Shown here: piece by piece, positions 15,412-29,200 of the stretch
How the letters are laid out: the number at the start of each line of letters is the position of its first letter
How positions within the stretch are numbered: position 1 is the stretch's first letter
Assembly (NCBI RefSeq): GCF_018977255.1
Contig: NW_024704746.1
Location: forward strand, 4,431,635-4,466,000
Source of the DNA: Callorhinchus milii
Taxonomy: Eukaryota
Length of the DNA stretch: 34,366 nt
Reading direction: 5' to 3'
Notes under the pieces: model-generated
Databases searched by the model: none
The model's input: the letters and a program-made list of their open reading frames with translations, nothing else
Told to the model about the DNA's origin: nothing
Translations under genes and position numbers: made by a program

Positions 15412-17024
15412 GAACTAAACATGAATGACTTATTTACAGTGTGTTAGGTACACATTGTGATAATCATATTACTGGTATTTAAGACATTCTGCTTTGAAAC
15501 TAGTTTGTTGCAAAATGAAATGGGGAAAAGGGGAAAAATACTGTCTATCATCTCAGGATCCACAATTTTCCAAAAACAAGGTACAAAGGAGAAGAGAATA
15601 GAATGAAATGAACATTTTTAGGATTTCCTTTATACATGTATTGGCATTACTTTACACAAAGAAATACAGTACAATGTTTTTGCTCAATTATAACTGCACA
15701 CAAAAATAGACAATTTCTGAAAATCCATACCTGCCTTACATACACTGCTTCAAATCTGGTTCTGATTAAATCAAAGTTATATGTTTTTTTTACTTTTAGT
15801 TACCAAAATATGGTTCATATTAAAAGGCCACAATCTCAAGGGCGAACTCTTAAACCCAAAAAATGGCATTTCAAGGCTTGAAATATTTTAGGTTTTACTC
15901 AGGATACTCTGGTTAAAAGATAAAATAAATATAATTTACTCATTACATCAGCTATAAATGCATATAAAAGTGAGACAGAAGAAAAAGGCAGAGAGGAAGG
16001 TGGTCTCGATAAACTGTTTAAATTACAAATTGTATCTCAAAAAGGTTGCTAAAGTGAATAAAACCAAGCATTATCATGACAAACCGTTTTTAGACTAGCT
16101 TTCTGAGGCAAAATGAAATGAAGCTTCAAACAAAGCACTTGGTCTGCATTCCAGTCAAATATTCGCACCAACATGATTTCCATTGACAGAGATAAGGTCT
16201 GAGGTGCATGAATTAAATAGCTGAACGATCAAGAAGCTAGTTTAAAAGTTCTGATGAAACATTCTATAGACGCATTACCAGAAAGAAAAGGATATTTCGT
16301 GCAGTGTTTTTATTTCAGATACATTTGTCATGCTGCCTTGGATGATTTTTCTTTCAGATAAACTGGCACCATAGCAGGCTTTTAAGTTTGTATTTAAGTG
16401 CATCTACTACATTAAGGCTTACGTATCTAACCACCCTGGATTCCACAGTAATGCTCAAAATAGATGGAACATAAGAGTCATTTGTCCCACTCAGACACAG
16501 CATAAGAAGGTCTAGAGACATGTACAGCAGAACCCTTCCAGCATCGGAGTATCGACTGCTCAGTACTGGAATTTAGCCATTCACTAATATCCAATACACC
16601 TTAAATTAAAGCAGAACTGTACAAACAAACAAACACTGTGACTAATCTGTACATGGCACAAAATCCAAACACTGTGTCAAAAAAAATGCCATGTTGTTGG
16701 GACTTGGAATAATATCTAGTCACAAATCCTCGAACAATCACCACAGTTAAGAAACCTTTCAGAGCGTGTTTTTTTGGTAAATACTTTAGTCATTATGCTT
16801 TGTAAAAGCTCAATCAGTTCCAACCTGCAGAGTCCTGGATGTCTTACCTGCTGCTGTCCTTAACAGGATGAATACAATCCTGATTGAATTACCTGATGTC
16901 CATATTCAGAAAAACGTGCATCGTTTTTACAGGTTAACACCATAAACAGCCTCTTTTTTCTNAAAAAAATAGGACTCAGCCTCTGAGCTTTCAGTGCTCG
17001 GTAGTGGGTCCAGTGGGTCCTGTG

Positions 17025-17231
17025 TCATACATTAGTGTCCTGGAGTAATGGTTCCTTGGCCTCAGTAGGTGCTTGTGGGTTGTGTGTGTGACCGTGACTG
17101 TTGCTGTGTTTCTTCCAGTTACTGGATCGTACAGATGTGTTTGTATGTTCCGGGATAAATAAGGCCACAAGCAAGGCCAGCAGCACTGAGCACGCTCCAA
17201 ATAAAAATGGTGGTCCTGGAAGTATTGAACT
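17025..17231 (-). CDS. MFSD14A: MFSD14A exon 12, last coding exon ([12 protein letters not shown]...EPLLQDTNV*)
   Basis: tctttttag acceptor, TGA at 17027-17025. Confidence 0.95.
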   Translation of the reverse strand, partial: SSILPGPPFLFGACSVLLALLVALFIPEHTNTSVRSSNWKKHSNSHGHTHNPQAPTEAKEPLLQDTNV

Positions 17232-20200
17232 CTAAAAAGACAAAAAGTTACAATGTTTTCTTATGCAACTTTCTTATGCAATTCTTAATACTTAACACGA
17301 AAATGTATATGGAAATGAAAAAGTTGTTGTTACGATTATCAATTGAACCACTGAAAATTTACAGTTAACATGAAATAATTATACATAAAACTAATCAAAC
17401 AGGTCTTGTTGCTAAAATGTTTTAACAGTCAAATCCATCAACGGCTCACAGCTAAGGGCCATTAAATAGGTTGATGTTAGGTGGGATTTAAAGACAAGCA
17501 AGGCAAAGGGGTAGAGAGGGGGAGTTGCCGAGGTTAGAGGCACAGTTTGCTGAAGGCTCAAGGTTCGGTGATGTAAGGAGGGGACAAGCACAGAGTGCCT
17601 TGACATCTGTTTACCACTCGAGAAACAATTATCTTGGCTGCTGACTCAGATTAATCAGTGAGTGGACAACTCTGATTAAGTCCAATGTTCTCTAGTCGTA
17701 TCCTATGTAGTTCCCGAGTCTTGGCTCTCGCCAACCTGCACCTAATACTCTCTGGAATTAGATAAGCAGAGTGCGTACTCCCAGGGAGAGAGTGCACATT
17801 CCATTCCAGAAACAGAAATTTCCATTTGTTGGTGGCAGTGTGTCAGCCTGGCGCAGTGGTAGTGCTCTCGCCTCGGAGTCAGAAGGTTTGGATTCAACCC
17901 CCACATGGGACTTAGAATCACATATTCCAATCAGTGCTGGGAGTGTGTTGTATGATCGGAAGTGCTGTACTTCGGCAGACAGGACGTTAAACCGAGGTCC
18001 TGTCTGCCTGTTCAGGTGGACGTTAAAGATCTCATGCACTGTTCAAAAAGTGCAGGGAGTTTCTTCCGGTGTTCTGGGCAACAAATTCTCCAAGTAAAAA
18101 CTGGTCATTGACTTCATGGCTGTTTGTGGTACATTACCGTGTGCAAACAGGTTGCCACGTTTCGCCCACAAAACACACAGTCAAAACCACTTTACAATAT
18201 AAAGCGCTTTGAGACACTGGGAACTCGCAGTCTGATTTGGATACTCTTAAGCGTGATGATGGTTTCCACACGTCAGATACCCCGAGACCAAAAAAAAAAG
18301 CCTGATTCTAGCAATTAAAAACCCAGATTGATATCCAGTTTGCACTAGAAATGTGAGATATAGGATGTAAGTGTATAATAACCTGATTATAATACTTACA
18401 TTTGATACTGCACCTTTCAAGCAGAGACCATGTCTCAAAGGGCTTCATAGGATATACTGTAAGATGTTGTGACTGTGTCTTTTGTGGGCAAATGCCTACT
18501 CTTGCAAGTTTCAATTACTTGCATCTACGTACAGAATTGGAGCTCAAATTACTCTTGGCTACAAAGCAACCCATCAGTGGGACGACTGATATTTAATAAC
18601 TAATTTAGAGACAGAAGAATAAATGGCAACTAAATTGATGTTTCTACCTGCCTATTTTCCCTCTCAAGTAATATTGCGTACCCACACCCAGGCCACAAAC
18701 AAAGCCATCAAGCCACAAATACCTTGTACTTACCTGTTGAGAATGGTTGTGTGTCGTCCGGCTGTCAAGAGATCCCACTTCATTCTCTGGTACTTCAATT
18801 AACTCCACATGGAATATATAAAATATAAACCCATACAGAGCTGGTCCCAGGCCGTTACACAGGCCTCGAATCCCCGTGATCATACCTTGAACAACACCTG
18901 GAAATAGATTCAAAATGTTTGAATTCAGTTTCTAAATGTTCTGTCAGTAACAATTCCAAGAAGTCGGCTGCTAGACTCTTACTGACATCCAATGTAGTCA
19001 AGTTGTGCATGATTTGGAGAAGTTCTACCTGCTCCATTATAGAAAGGGCATCAGAGATAAAGAGAGGATACAGAATAGGTTCACACAGACCATATCAGAG
19101 GTAAACAGTTAAAGTTACAGACAAGCTCGAAAATTCAAGTTAAAGGGTATCTAATTGAGATTTTTAAAAGATCTAAACAATTATGAGATGATAAATAGTG
19201 ATTCTCAATGTGCTGGCATTTCTACAATTTCATGACACCAAACTGAGAGTAGTGGTAAATGCTTTACGTATTTGACACTGCTGAATATTCATTCTTAAAA
19301 TAATTTCAAATATACTGTCTACAACTGACTTTCGCAAGACATCTCTCAAACACATTTTTAAACAAAAAGTTATGATAACTTTCAAAACCACAGGTGTCCT
19401 TATCAAATTTAGAAAAATATGAGTAGGTTCTTGCCAGTTTGTCTGTTTCCACACAATCAACTTACCTTGTTGATCTGGATCAGCATTGCGTGAAACCAAA
19501 GCACTGACTGCTGGAAAAGTAATACTGGACATAGCTGCCACAGCGCCTGCTGCCCACATCATCCTGCAATCATTAATATTAGTTACACTGCTTGACAGGA
19601 TCATACTTTGCTCACTCATATAAGATCAATTGCAAACAATTTAATTAAGTAAACTGGGCAAATTTACATTGGAAAAGGGAAGGTTGAGCGGCGATATGAT
19701 AAGATGTTTTTTAAGATTCTAAAGGAACTGGATAATGTAGACCATGATAAACTGTTTTATCTTGTCCAGAGAGTAGAACCAGAGGACACGGCCTACAATT
19801 GAAGGGGGTTAAATTCAAAACAAATCTGCGGAAACACTATTTCAGTGAGTGATTAGTAAATGTATGTAACAGGCTCCCTAGAGAGACAATGGAAGCAGAA
19901 AATATCGATTCTTTCAAAAGCAAATTAAATAAATTTATAATATCGTGAGATATAGTATATAGTTTGAGACATGACATGTGTATGCGACTGCCAGGATGGT
20001 GGAAGGCAAACTGGATGGACCTTGGTCTTTTTTGGTATAGCGATTCTTATGTTCTTCATTTTTCGCAAATGTAAGAATGAATGACACTGTTTATTAAAAC
20101 ACTGTCAAAGAGGTCAAACCATAATCAGGTTTCTTTCAATTTTCTTTGGTTAGCCATATGTCTGATACAAACAGAAACAAATCGGCATGCTTAACAGGAT

Positions 20201-23200
20201 GTGAACTAGACTGAGTTCCAATTATGCATGCTACCTGATAACAACTTGGATTTACATAGCAATCATTATATAGGATAACATCTCAAAAGTACTTCAATCC
20301 ACACATGGAAATCACTCTTCGTTTGGAGTGCTGCATCTGCTCTCTTCCCCAGAGGGATGTACCCTGCTTACCTAATTACAGAAAGCATTTGTTGCAGGTT
20401 GGCAAGGACGAAGGATTGGGGACCCCAGAATGTGCATTAAGAGTATTGCTGAAGTTTAACTAGCTAATCTGTGACCACAGCTGCTCCCTCAGTTCAGAAA
20501 ACACTGGCCTGATTCACCTCCCCACAGACTCAATCCCACCAGCAGTGGGTGAGATTTCAGCCATTCTGCTCCTTCTCTGGGACTCCATCTGTCACGTTCC
20601 CCCTCCCTCACGTCCTTCAAAACTTGCCCAAAGACCAATCCTTCGACCACATTTCCGATCACCTTTCTCCAACCCCCCCCACCAGTGAGCCTGGGTTTCT
20701 AGTCCGTTGGGTGAAGTGCTTTGAGATATACTCCTAATGTGAAAGTGCTGTATAAAATGTCAATTGTTAACTATTGCAAACACTGTCTGGCAAAATTCCC
20801 TCTACCTTGTCCAGCTAGGATCACAACCTACATTAGGGCTTTGGCCTGCAGGATCAACAGAAGTTGAGTGGGGAAATGCCAGTGACTCTCCAAGTCCTAC
20901 CAACAAGACAAGTTGGCCAGTCTGTCATTAACAGTGCCTTAAAATAACAGAACCACTTGGCTCAAGATCAGGACTAACAATGGCAGAGGATTGACTGATT
21001 CCTTCCGAGCATTTATAATATGAATATTGATACACTCATGAGAAAAATTCTTGATATACATACCAGGGCTCAGAGCCAAAGCCATAACAGCCCAATTGTA
21101 ACATCTGGAAACCCAAACCGAGCAGAATAGTCTTCTTGTTACCAATTGATCTCATCAGCAAACTTAGAACAGCAGTCTTAAAGAGAAATTTAGTGAACAT
21201 TTAGAAAACTGCTTTAGTGCAATTTCTACATTAAACATTGTCCAATCGTGTGTTGCAGAATTTCCAAAGCCTATTGTTTCACTGGGTTTATGAATTTCCA
21301 TTCACACCAAAGTGTAAGTGAAACAAGCATGTTCAGTTTTTTCTTACCTCCGCCACATTCACTCTAAATCCCTCCATGGTTTTGTCCAATCTACCTCTAA
21401 AACTCTACCAACCCACCCGCTCCCTCCCCTCAGCGGGATTGGCCTGCTTCACATCCCCTGGCCTGACCATTGGTGGTCGGAGCTTCAGCCTTTTTGTCCT
21501 CACTCTCTGGAACTCTACTCCTCCCTTCGCCTTGCCCATTCTCTTGGCATCTTCAAGGATGTCGCAAGTCCTTCCTCTTTGACCACAGCTTCAGTCATCT
21601 TCCCCCCTTTCGCCCTCAACCCTCCCAAACCCCAGCTTGGGTGCAAACCTCGACTGTCTAGCGCCTCGGGATATCCTTCCCATATGAAAGACAATTTTGC
21701 TTGAGTAAACAAAACACAATAATAATTATTACATTTTCAAGTCATCAAAATGCCCAAAGCTCTTCACAGAATTGAGTGGAATGATTGATGTAGGTTTGCA
21801 ATGTTAGTGTTGATGTTCATCCTCTTTCCCTCCACAGTATTGAATAGCACTTTGAAGCTCCTAAACTTGAAGTTCAATGAATAAAACAAAACCCCAATTT
21901 GCAAATTTCTGGTCAGGTTTCTCGATTGTACCTAGGAGAAAGCAGTGGACCAGGCTCCAGAAGCGCATCACTGGGTACAGTGATGCACCAAACTACGTTC
22001 CCCGATTACCCCAGTCCTTGCCAGACTGCACTGGCTGCCTATCCCAGAGAGGATCGATTTCAAGATCCCTCCACTCCTCTGCACCCCCCGACCTTTCTGA
22101 CCTCCTCTCTTCTCAAACAGCACCCATTGCCTTCGATCCTCCGGGTCTGGCCCCCTCCTCATCCTCCGCTCCACCCTCGGCGGCCGTGCCTTCAGCCACT
22201 CTGCCCCTAGGCTCTGGAATTCCCTTCCTCACTCCCTTCACCTCACCACCTCTCTTCCTACTTTCAAGTCCCTTCTGAAGACCTTTCTTTTCAACCGCGC
22301 CATTGATCACCTTCCCCCCCCTCCCTCGGTCCTGGGATTCCTTACTGTGAAGCGCTCTGAGACGCCTTCCGGCGTGGAGGGCACTATATAAATCCAAGTT
22401 GTTGTTGTACAGCTGGAATCGACAGTAATCAGTTGAAGTGGACTATGAATGGTAATAAAGCTGCACCTGGGTAAAGGTAGAAAATCATAAATGTACCTGG
22501 GCAACAATGGAGAGGATGCCAAGAACTGCTATGAAGGCAGCCACGCTTTCTGATGAAAATCCCATGACCTGTTCAAAACAAAAAGTCAGCTGCCTTCAAT
22601 TTCATAACTGAACAAAAATCAACTTTTGTTACAACATAACATAGGAACAAGGGTAGATGTTATTAAATATAGCTAGGCAGTTCAGTTACTTTATAATTCG
22701 GTGCAAATTCATTTTCGGATAAACAATCCCAGGTATAAATTAATTTGGTCAATTGATGTCATACAGTTTGAAACAGAAACTCTATGAAAGTATCTATCTC
22801 TGAGCATCTAAGTCAAGGCAACCCTGTTATAACTCTGGTCTTTACTTGCTCTCTCTCAGTCGTAAGTTTCCTAACTCTTTATTTAATTGCCCTTTTGAAC
22901 TCTATCTGTTCCTAATACCTTATCGTTCACTACATTCAGACAGAATATCCCACAAATTTGACATATAATTCACACAAAAGTGGGCAAAAGCTCTCCACCT
23001 GTCTTCTTTTACAACAGCAAGATTACATTTGTATAGCGCCTTTCGGAAGGACGTCCCAGGGCGCTGGACAGAGTACAGCATTTCAGACCTGAGCTGCGGT
23101 TGGGGGGTGAAGGGAGGGGAGGGGGGGTGGCCGATGGCATGGTCGAAGAGGAGGGTCTTGAGGCGGGACTTGAAGGAGGCTAAGGAGGGTCGAGGCGGAG

Positions 23201-26200
23201 TGACTGGGGGATGGAATTCCAGAGGTTGGGGGCAGAGTGGCTGAAGGCTCTCCCGCCAATGTGGGGCAGGTGGGTCGGGAGATGTGGAGCAGCCAGAGCC
23301 GGCTGAGCGGAGGGAATAGGCATGTTGGTAGGGGGTTAGGAGGTCGCAGAGTAGGGTGGGGCGAGGCCATGAAGGGTTTTGTAGGTGAGGACCAGGATCT
23401 TGAACTGGATCCTCTGAAGGATAGGGAGCAAGTAGAGTTGGGGAAATGGGGTCACGGAGTTTGGTGCGGGAGAGGACACGGGCTGCAGAGTTCTGGATTA
23501 TCTGCAGCCTGTGGAGGGAGGAGTTGGGAAGGCCGACAAGCAGGGCGTTTGTATAGCGAGCCTGGAGGTGATGAGGGCATGAACAAGAGGTTCAGTGGCT
23601 TGAGGGGTGAGGTAGAGGCGGAGTCGGGCGATGTTATGGAGGTGAGGGCAGGCAGAGCGGGTCATGGCTTGAATGTGAGGGAGAAAAGACAGTTGAGGGT
23701 CGAACAAGACACCTAGGTTCCTGACTGGCTTGGTGAATTGAAATGTGCAACCATGGAGGTTGATGTTGCCAGAGCCTGAGCTGCTGACGTGAGCCAATCA
23801 GGAAGGTCTCAGTCTTGTTCACATTCAACTGTAGGAAATTTGTCCTCATCCAGGACTTGATGTCCAACAGGCAGTCTGTCAGGACAGCAGTGGTCCTGGA
23901 GTTGAGGGTGGAGGCAGAAAGATAAGAGTTGGGTGTCGTCCGCATACATGTGTAAGTTGACCCCATGTCTGCGGATTATGTCACCACGGCGGAGCATGTA
24001 GTTATTAAAGAGGAGAGAGCCAAGGACAGAGCTCTGGGGGACGCCAGATGTGACATTGCGGGTGCTGGAGGAGAAACCGTTAGAAGCAACGAATTGGAGA
24101 CGGTGAGAGAGATAGGAATCGAACCAGGCAAGGGCAGATCCGTGAAGAATGAGTAAAGCGGAGAGGCGGTGTATGAGGATGGAGTGGCCGACAGTGTCGA
24201 AGGCGGCAGATAGATCGAGGAGGACGAGGAGGCAGAGGGAGCCCTGATCACAGATGTTCAGAACGTCATTAGTGACTTTGATCAGGGCCGTTTCTGTGCT
24301 ATGGGCAGTGCGGAAGCCGAATTGGAGGGGTTCAAAGAGGGAATGGCAAGAGAGTAAGGAGCGGAGCTGGGACGCGACGACTCGTTCCAGGACCTTGGAG
24401 AGGAATGGGAGGTTAGAGATGGGACGGTAGCCAGAGAGGTGGGATGGGTCCAGGGAAGGTTTTTTCAGGATGGGGATGATGATGGATGTTTTTAGGGGGG
24501 GCGGGAATTGAGGGAGGGCCAGAAGGTGGAGCTGGGAAACAAGGGGAGACATGGGGATGGGATCGAGGGAGCAGGTGGTGGGTTTGAGTTTGCAGACAGT
24601 CGTGGTGAGGAAGGAGGGAGAGAGAGGGTGGGTGGGTCATAAAGGAGAGGTGATGTGGGGGTGGCTGTGGACGGGGCTGAGGTGGCTGAACGTATACCCT
24701 CGATTTTAGATTCGAGGAAGTCCAGCATCTCCTCACAGTTGGATTTTGAGGAGAGGATGGGCGAGGTATGGGAAGGTGGATGGAGGAGATGGTTAGTGGT
24801 GGAAAAGAGAAGCCAGGGGTTGTCCTTTGCTTCCAAGATAACCTTGGAGGAGAAGGAGGATTTGGCGGAGGCAAGAGTGCAGCGGGAGGTCTTGGTGTGG
24901 TGAAGCCAAATCTGCCGATGGACCGTTAGTTTGGATTTGGTCCAGGCGCATTTGGCCTTGAGGGAACGGAGATGGCTGGTGTACCAGGGGGATGTACGGG
25001 AGTATGAGGCAATACCACACAATACCACACAATATCTATCAACCTCCCCTACCAACAAAATTGTTTGTTTCAGCATCCAATTAAAAACTTGTGAAAGATT
25101 TTACCAAATGGTATTCCTACCTGTCTGAGGTACAGAAAGAAGCTGGAATACTGGCCTGCCTCTGGGAGGTAGGAGAGAAAAACTGTAATACACATCAGGA
25201 GAACTGTTGAATCTTGGCCAACTTTCTTGAGAGACTGGAGTACAAAAATAAATGATAATCAGCACAGTTATATGAAAGAGAATATGATGCATCTAGTAAC
25301 AGTTTCAGCAGACTATTGGTCTATCTAGCTCCCCTTCTATAAAATATGGACCATCAAGACTGACAATATTTTGTCAAATCTGCTGCGATTAAGTGGAAGT
25401 AGTTAAAGCTCAAGTAAATACAGTATGATCTTTATAAACAATGACTGGAGTCAATTTATAGCCATGTACATGTGCAAAACTTGCACTAGAATTTGTGGGA
25501 TTGTTGGCCAGGAGAAACTCTCTTCTCTTTTCGAATAGTGACATGGGATCTTTAACATCCACCTGAACAGGCACAGATGGGAACCTCAGTTTAACTTCTC
25601 ATCCAAAGGTCAGATGGGGTTTTACTGCAGTTATTTCTTAGCCATTGTTCCCTTAAAACATTTAGATAAAAAGATCTGAAACTCAATGCTGTAGTTCAAG
25701 TTAATCATAATCCCCATGGCTAAATTTTAACACTTTTGATTCCTTACAGAAATCAGCATTAGTAAAGTGGTTACACTCACCGCAAATGGGTCAGCTTGCT
25801 CCCAGGATATGGGAGCTCCCCAAGAGGCTGGCCGCATTTTCTCTGGCAGTGATTCTGGTACAGCCACCAGAATAAAACAGATATCGAGTAGCGCAATAGC
25901 TGTGGCCAGGATAACCACGAGGCTGTCTCCATAAACCCGCCCCAGATATGCACCAATGGCTGGGCTGGTAACTAAGCTTGCAGCAAACGTTGCAGACACC
26001 TAATATAAGACAACAGAAATTAATACATTCTGAACATAGAAACATATTGTGAATAAAACAATCTTAAACTTTGAAACATATTTCAATCTGATGAAATGCA
26101 ATTACTATAGATGATTAAAACCTTTCAGATCACATAACAGAGGTACATAACTCATTTTAGAAAACCTAGTAGTGAAGAAAAGACAAACTCAGATGGTCAG

Positions 26201-29200
26201 GGTTGATTATTGGTGAAAACCCCCAAAAAGTAAACAAAGTAATCTGCATATTTCTTGGTTAAACAATACATGAAAGCATTTTACATTGTCAAACCTTTAC
26301 CAATTAAGTGCCATCATGTCTAAGTGAAGAATTGGCATTCACGTACAAGTTTTAAACAGAAAATGGTAATTCAAGTATAATATTTTACTTTGTTTTTCAT
26401 AAAGGACACTTTGTCAGCATTAGTTTGGTTCAGTTAGCAACACTCTCACTTCACTGGTCAGAGGGTTGTAGATATTGGCAAGGTGACAGTTTTCAAATGA
26501 GACATTAAACCCAATTTCCATCTGGTCTGTTCAGGTGGACATTAAAGATCCTGCCACACTTTTCAAATAGATGAATCTGCTGGATTCTCTGTGTGACTGT
26601 CTTAAAACTGCCCTTCAGAATCCTAAACACGTCCTCTTGTCCTGCTGCAATGGAAAGCGTTTTACTAGGTTTACTTTTCAATCCTATTTAGTATTTTGTA
26701 TATATTTAGGAGCCACCTAACACAAAGAAACTGCTTCAACTATTCACTTAAGAGCACAAGAAGGAAATGTCCGTCTGCTCCTCTCCAATCCCAATGAGTC
26801 TGGGCAACACCCAATCCCAAGTGTGAAGGTCAGTGCAATATAACAGAATGCTGCTTATCTGTGCACTAACTATCCACATTTAGTAATAATTATTATTACA
26901 TTTCATAAAGGGCCTTTTCAAATTGAGAGAATGACTCAGAGCAATGCCACTATGAACCATCAACACAGAAGCGTATTTATTCAGTAATTTATCAGAGACA
27001 AGGAGAGGTAAAGAGAGAATCAGAGAAATGGAGTCTGAGAGAGAGAGACTCAGAGAGAGAAAGGGAGAGAGCGATTGAGAGTGAGTTGGAGATGGGGTGT
27101 AAGAGAGACTCAGAGACAGGGAGAGAGCGAAAGAGAGACTCAGAGTTTGGGGTGGGGGAAGCAAAATCAAAGTGAATGAGGGAAAATGATAGAAACAACA
27201 ACCACATTATATTTGTATAGCGCCTTTCACGTCGGGAGGAGGTCCCAAGGCACTGGACAGTGTACAGGATTTCAATAAACGATAGACAATAGACGAGATA
27301 GAAAGTAAAAGAGCAAAAGAATAACTGTATAACTCCTAATGTTTTAGATAGCGCTGTAGCGAGTTTATATTTTGCATGATGCCATTATCGGGACTGTTTT
27401 CATATCAACAATGCAAACAACCCAATTAGCCGGCTCTCTACTGTATGTTGATCTAAAATCAAGAGGATTCAGCTTCAAGGACAGATTACTTCAATGGTGT
27501 TTCACAGTTTTGTAAGTTCATCATCGCACATTATTCTGAAATACAATGAAACTCTGATAACTAGTCTCTGAGATAAATAATCAAACCGCATATAACTAGC
27601 CTCCATTACTATACTCCATTACGTCCGCTTGGTTCTTCTTTCTTACTGCCATCCCCACCTCCTCTCCCTCCTGTAGCTTCCCTCTGTTCCAGCCTGGGAA
27701 TTCTACCTGGGTTAATCGTGGCACTATGCAATTGTCCAACAGCAGCCATCCTGACTGCTCCATCCCCCATTACCCCCGAAAGGGCTACCAGCTGCAGCAC
27801 CCAGGAATGAACCTCTCTTCCCTCATCCACATTCCCACCCTTCCTGTTAATCCTTCTCCTTCCTCGCCCCACACCACCGTCCTGCAAACTCCTCTGCTGC
27901 ACGTCCCCTTCGTGTTGCCCTACAAAATGTCCACACTCTCTCCAACAAAGCCCTCACCGCCCACAACCTCATTGTCAACAAAAACGTTTGACATCTTCGT
28001 CCTCACAGAAACCTGGATCATCCCAGACTACACTTTCCTTCTCTTGTTTCCAACACCCAGCACCTTAGGACATCCTCTCAACGTGAAAATGCGGTTTATA
28101 AATGCAATTTGTTGTTGTTGTCTTCACTCCCTCAAAATCTCCACTCTTTGAGTACTTTGTACTTTCAAGATACTGCATTTTGGATAATAAATCAACTCTG
28201 ATAAATAGTATTTGAGCCATTTCCCTTGGGGGTGATAAGTTATCAGAGTTTCACTGTGTTTACAGGTGCCCCTCTTTGGAATGTTAAGTGTATTAAACAG
28301 CTTCACATACCAGTCCATAGGCCATGCTTCTTTCATGCTCCTGGGTTATGTCAGCCACATAAGCAAACACCACAGAGAAGGTTACAGCAAGTACACCAGA
28401 CACGGAGATAACTGCAAAATACCACCTAGAAGGTAGGAAAACAGCAAATATTATAAGGAATGTTTGTATGAATATAAATATAGAATGAGGTGAGCGAACC
28501 CCAAACTAGGTCCCACTGGATCTATTACATATATTATTAATGTTAGTCCTTTCAGCCACTACAACCAAACCTCTGAACTCACTGCCTCAATCTCTATGCT
28601 TTGCTCCCGTTCATATCCGAAGACTTTCCTCTTCAACCATGCCTACAAGTCACTTTCCTTTCTCCCCAGCTCAGCGTTAAGCTGCACCAATGTTCAGCTC
28701 CAAGATGCTATCCTACATGAAGGGCACTAAATAAATATAAATGTTGTTGTTGAATCTTCTGAGAGGTTATCCTTCCTGTCTCAACTTTTTCCTACTTTAT
28801 TATTTCATTATTGAAGCATAAACATTCACACAATGCATATTCAGGTTATAGCAAATTATGTTTCAGGAACAAATATTTCAGCCAGTAGCAAATATATGGC
28901 CAATAACAAACAAGTGGCAGTACTGAGCCACCAACCCCACAACACTGTGTTTCTCAACGCCACACATCATTGCGTTAGGCAACTGCACACAGCCCCAGTA
29001 ACTTCTTATAATTCTATCTGCCTTTGGATGAATCTCAACTTCCTTCCATTAAATCCTTTACACTCTTTTGGTTCTGTCTATTGCTCATTCGGTTACAGCA
29101 TTAGTGGTCAACATTTCAGCCATCATGCTCTCTGAAACTCTCTTCTAAAAACTGTCCATCTTTATCCTTCTCTCGTAGACTTTAAAACCCTATCAAGGCG

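Noticed and set aside
16962-16962. Ambiguous base N
   Set aside because: Assembly uncertainty beside a homopolymer, not a biological feature
23809-24552. Active or domesticated reverse transcriptase gene
   Set aside because: Multiple frameshifts, degenerate motifs ([10 protein letters not shown]) and 5' truncation mark it as a dead L2 copy
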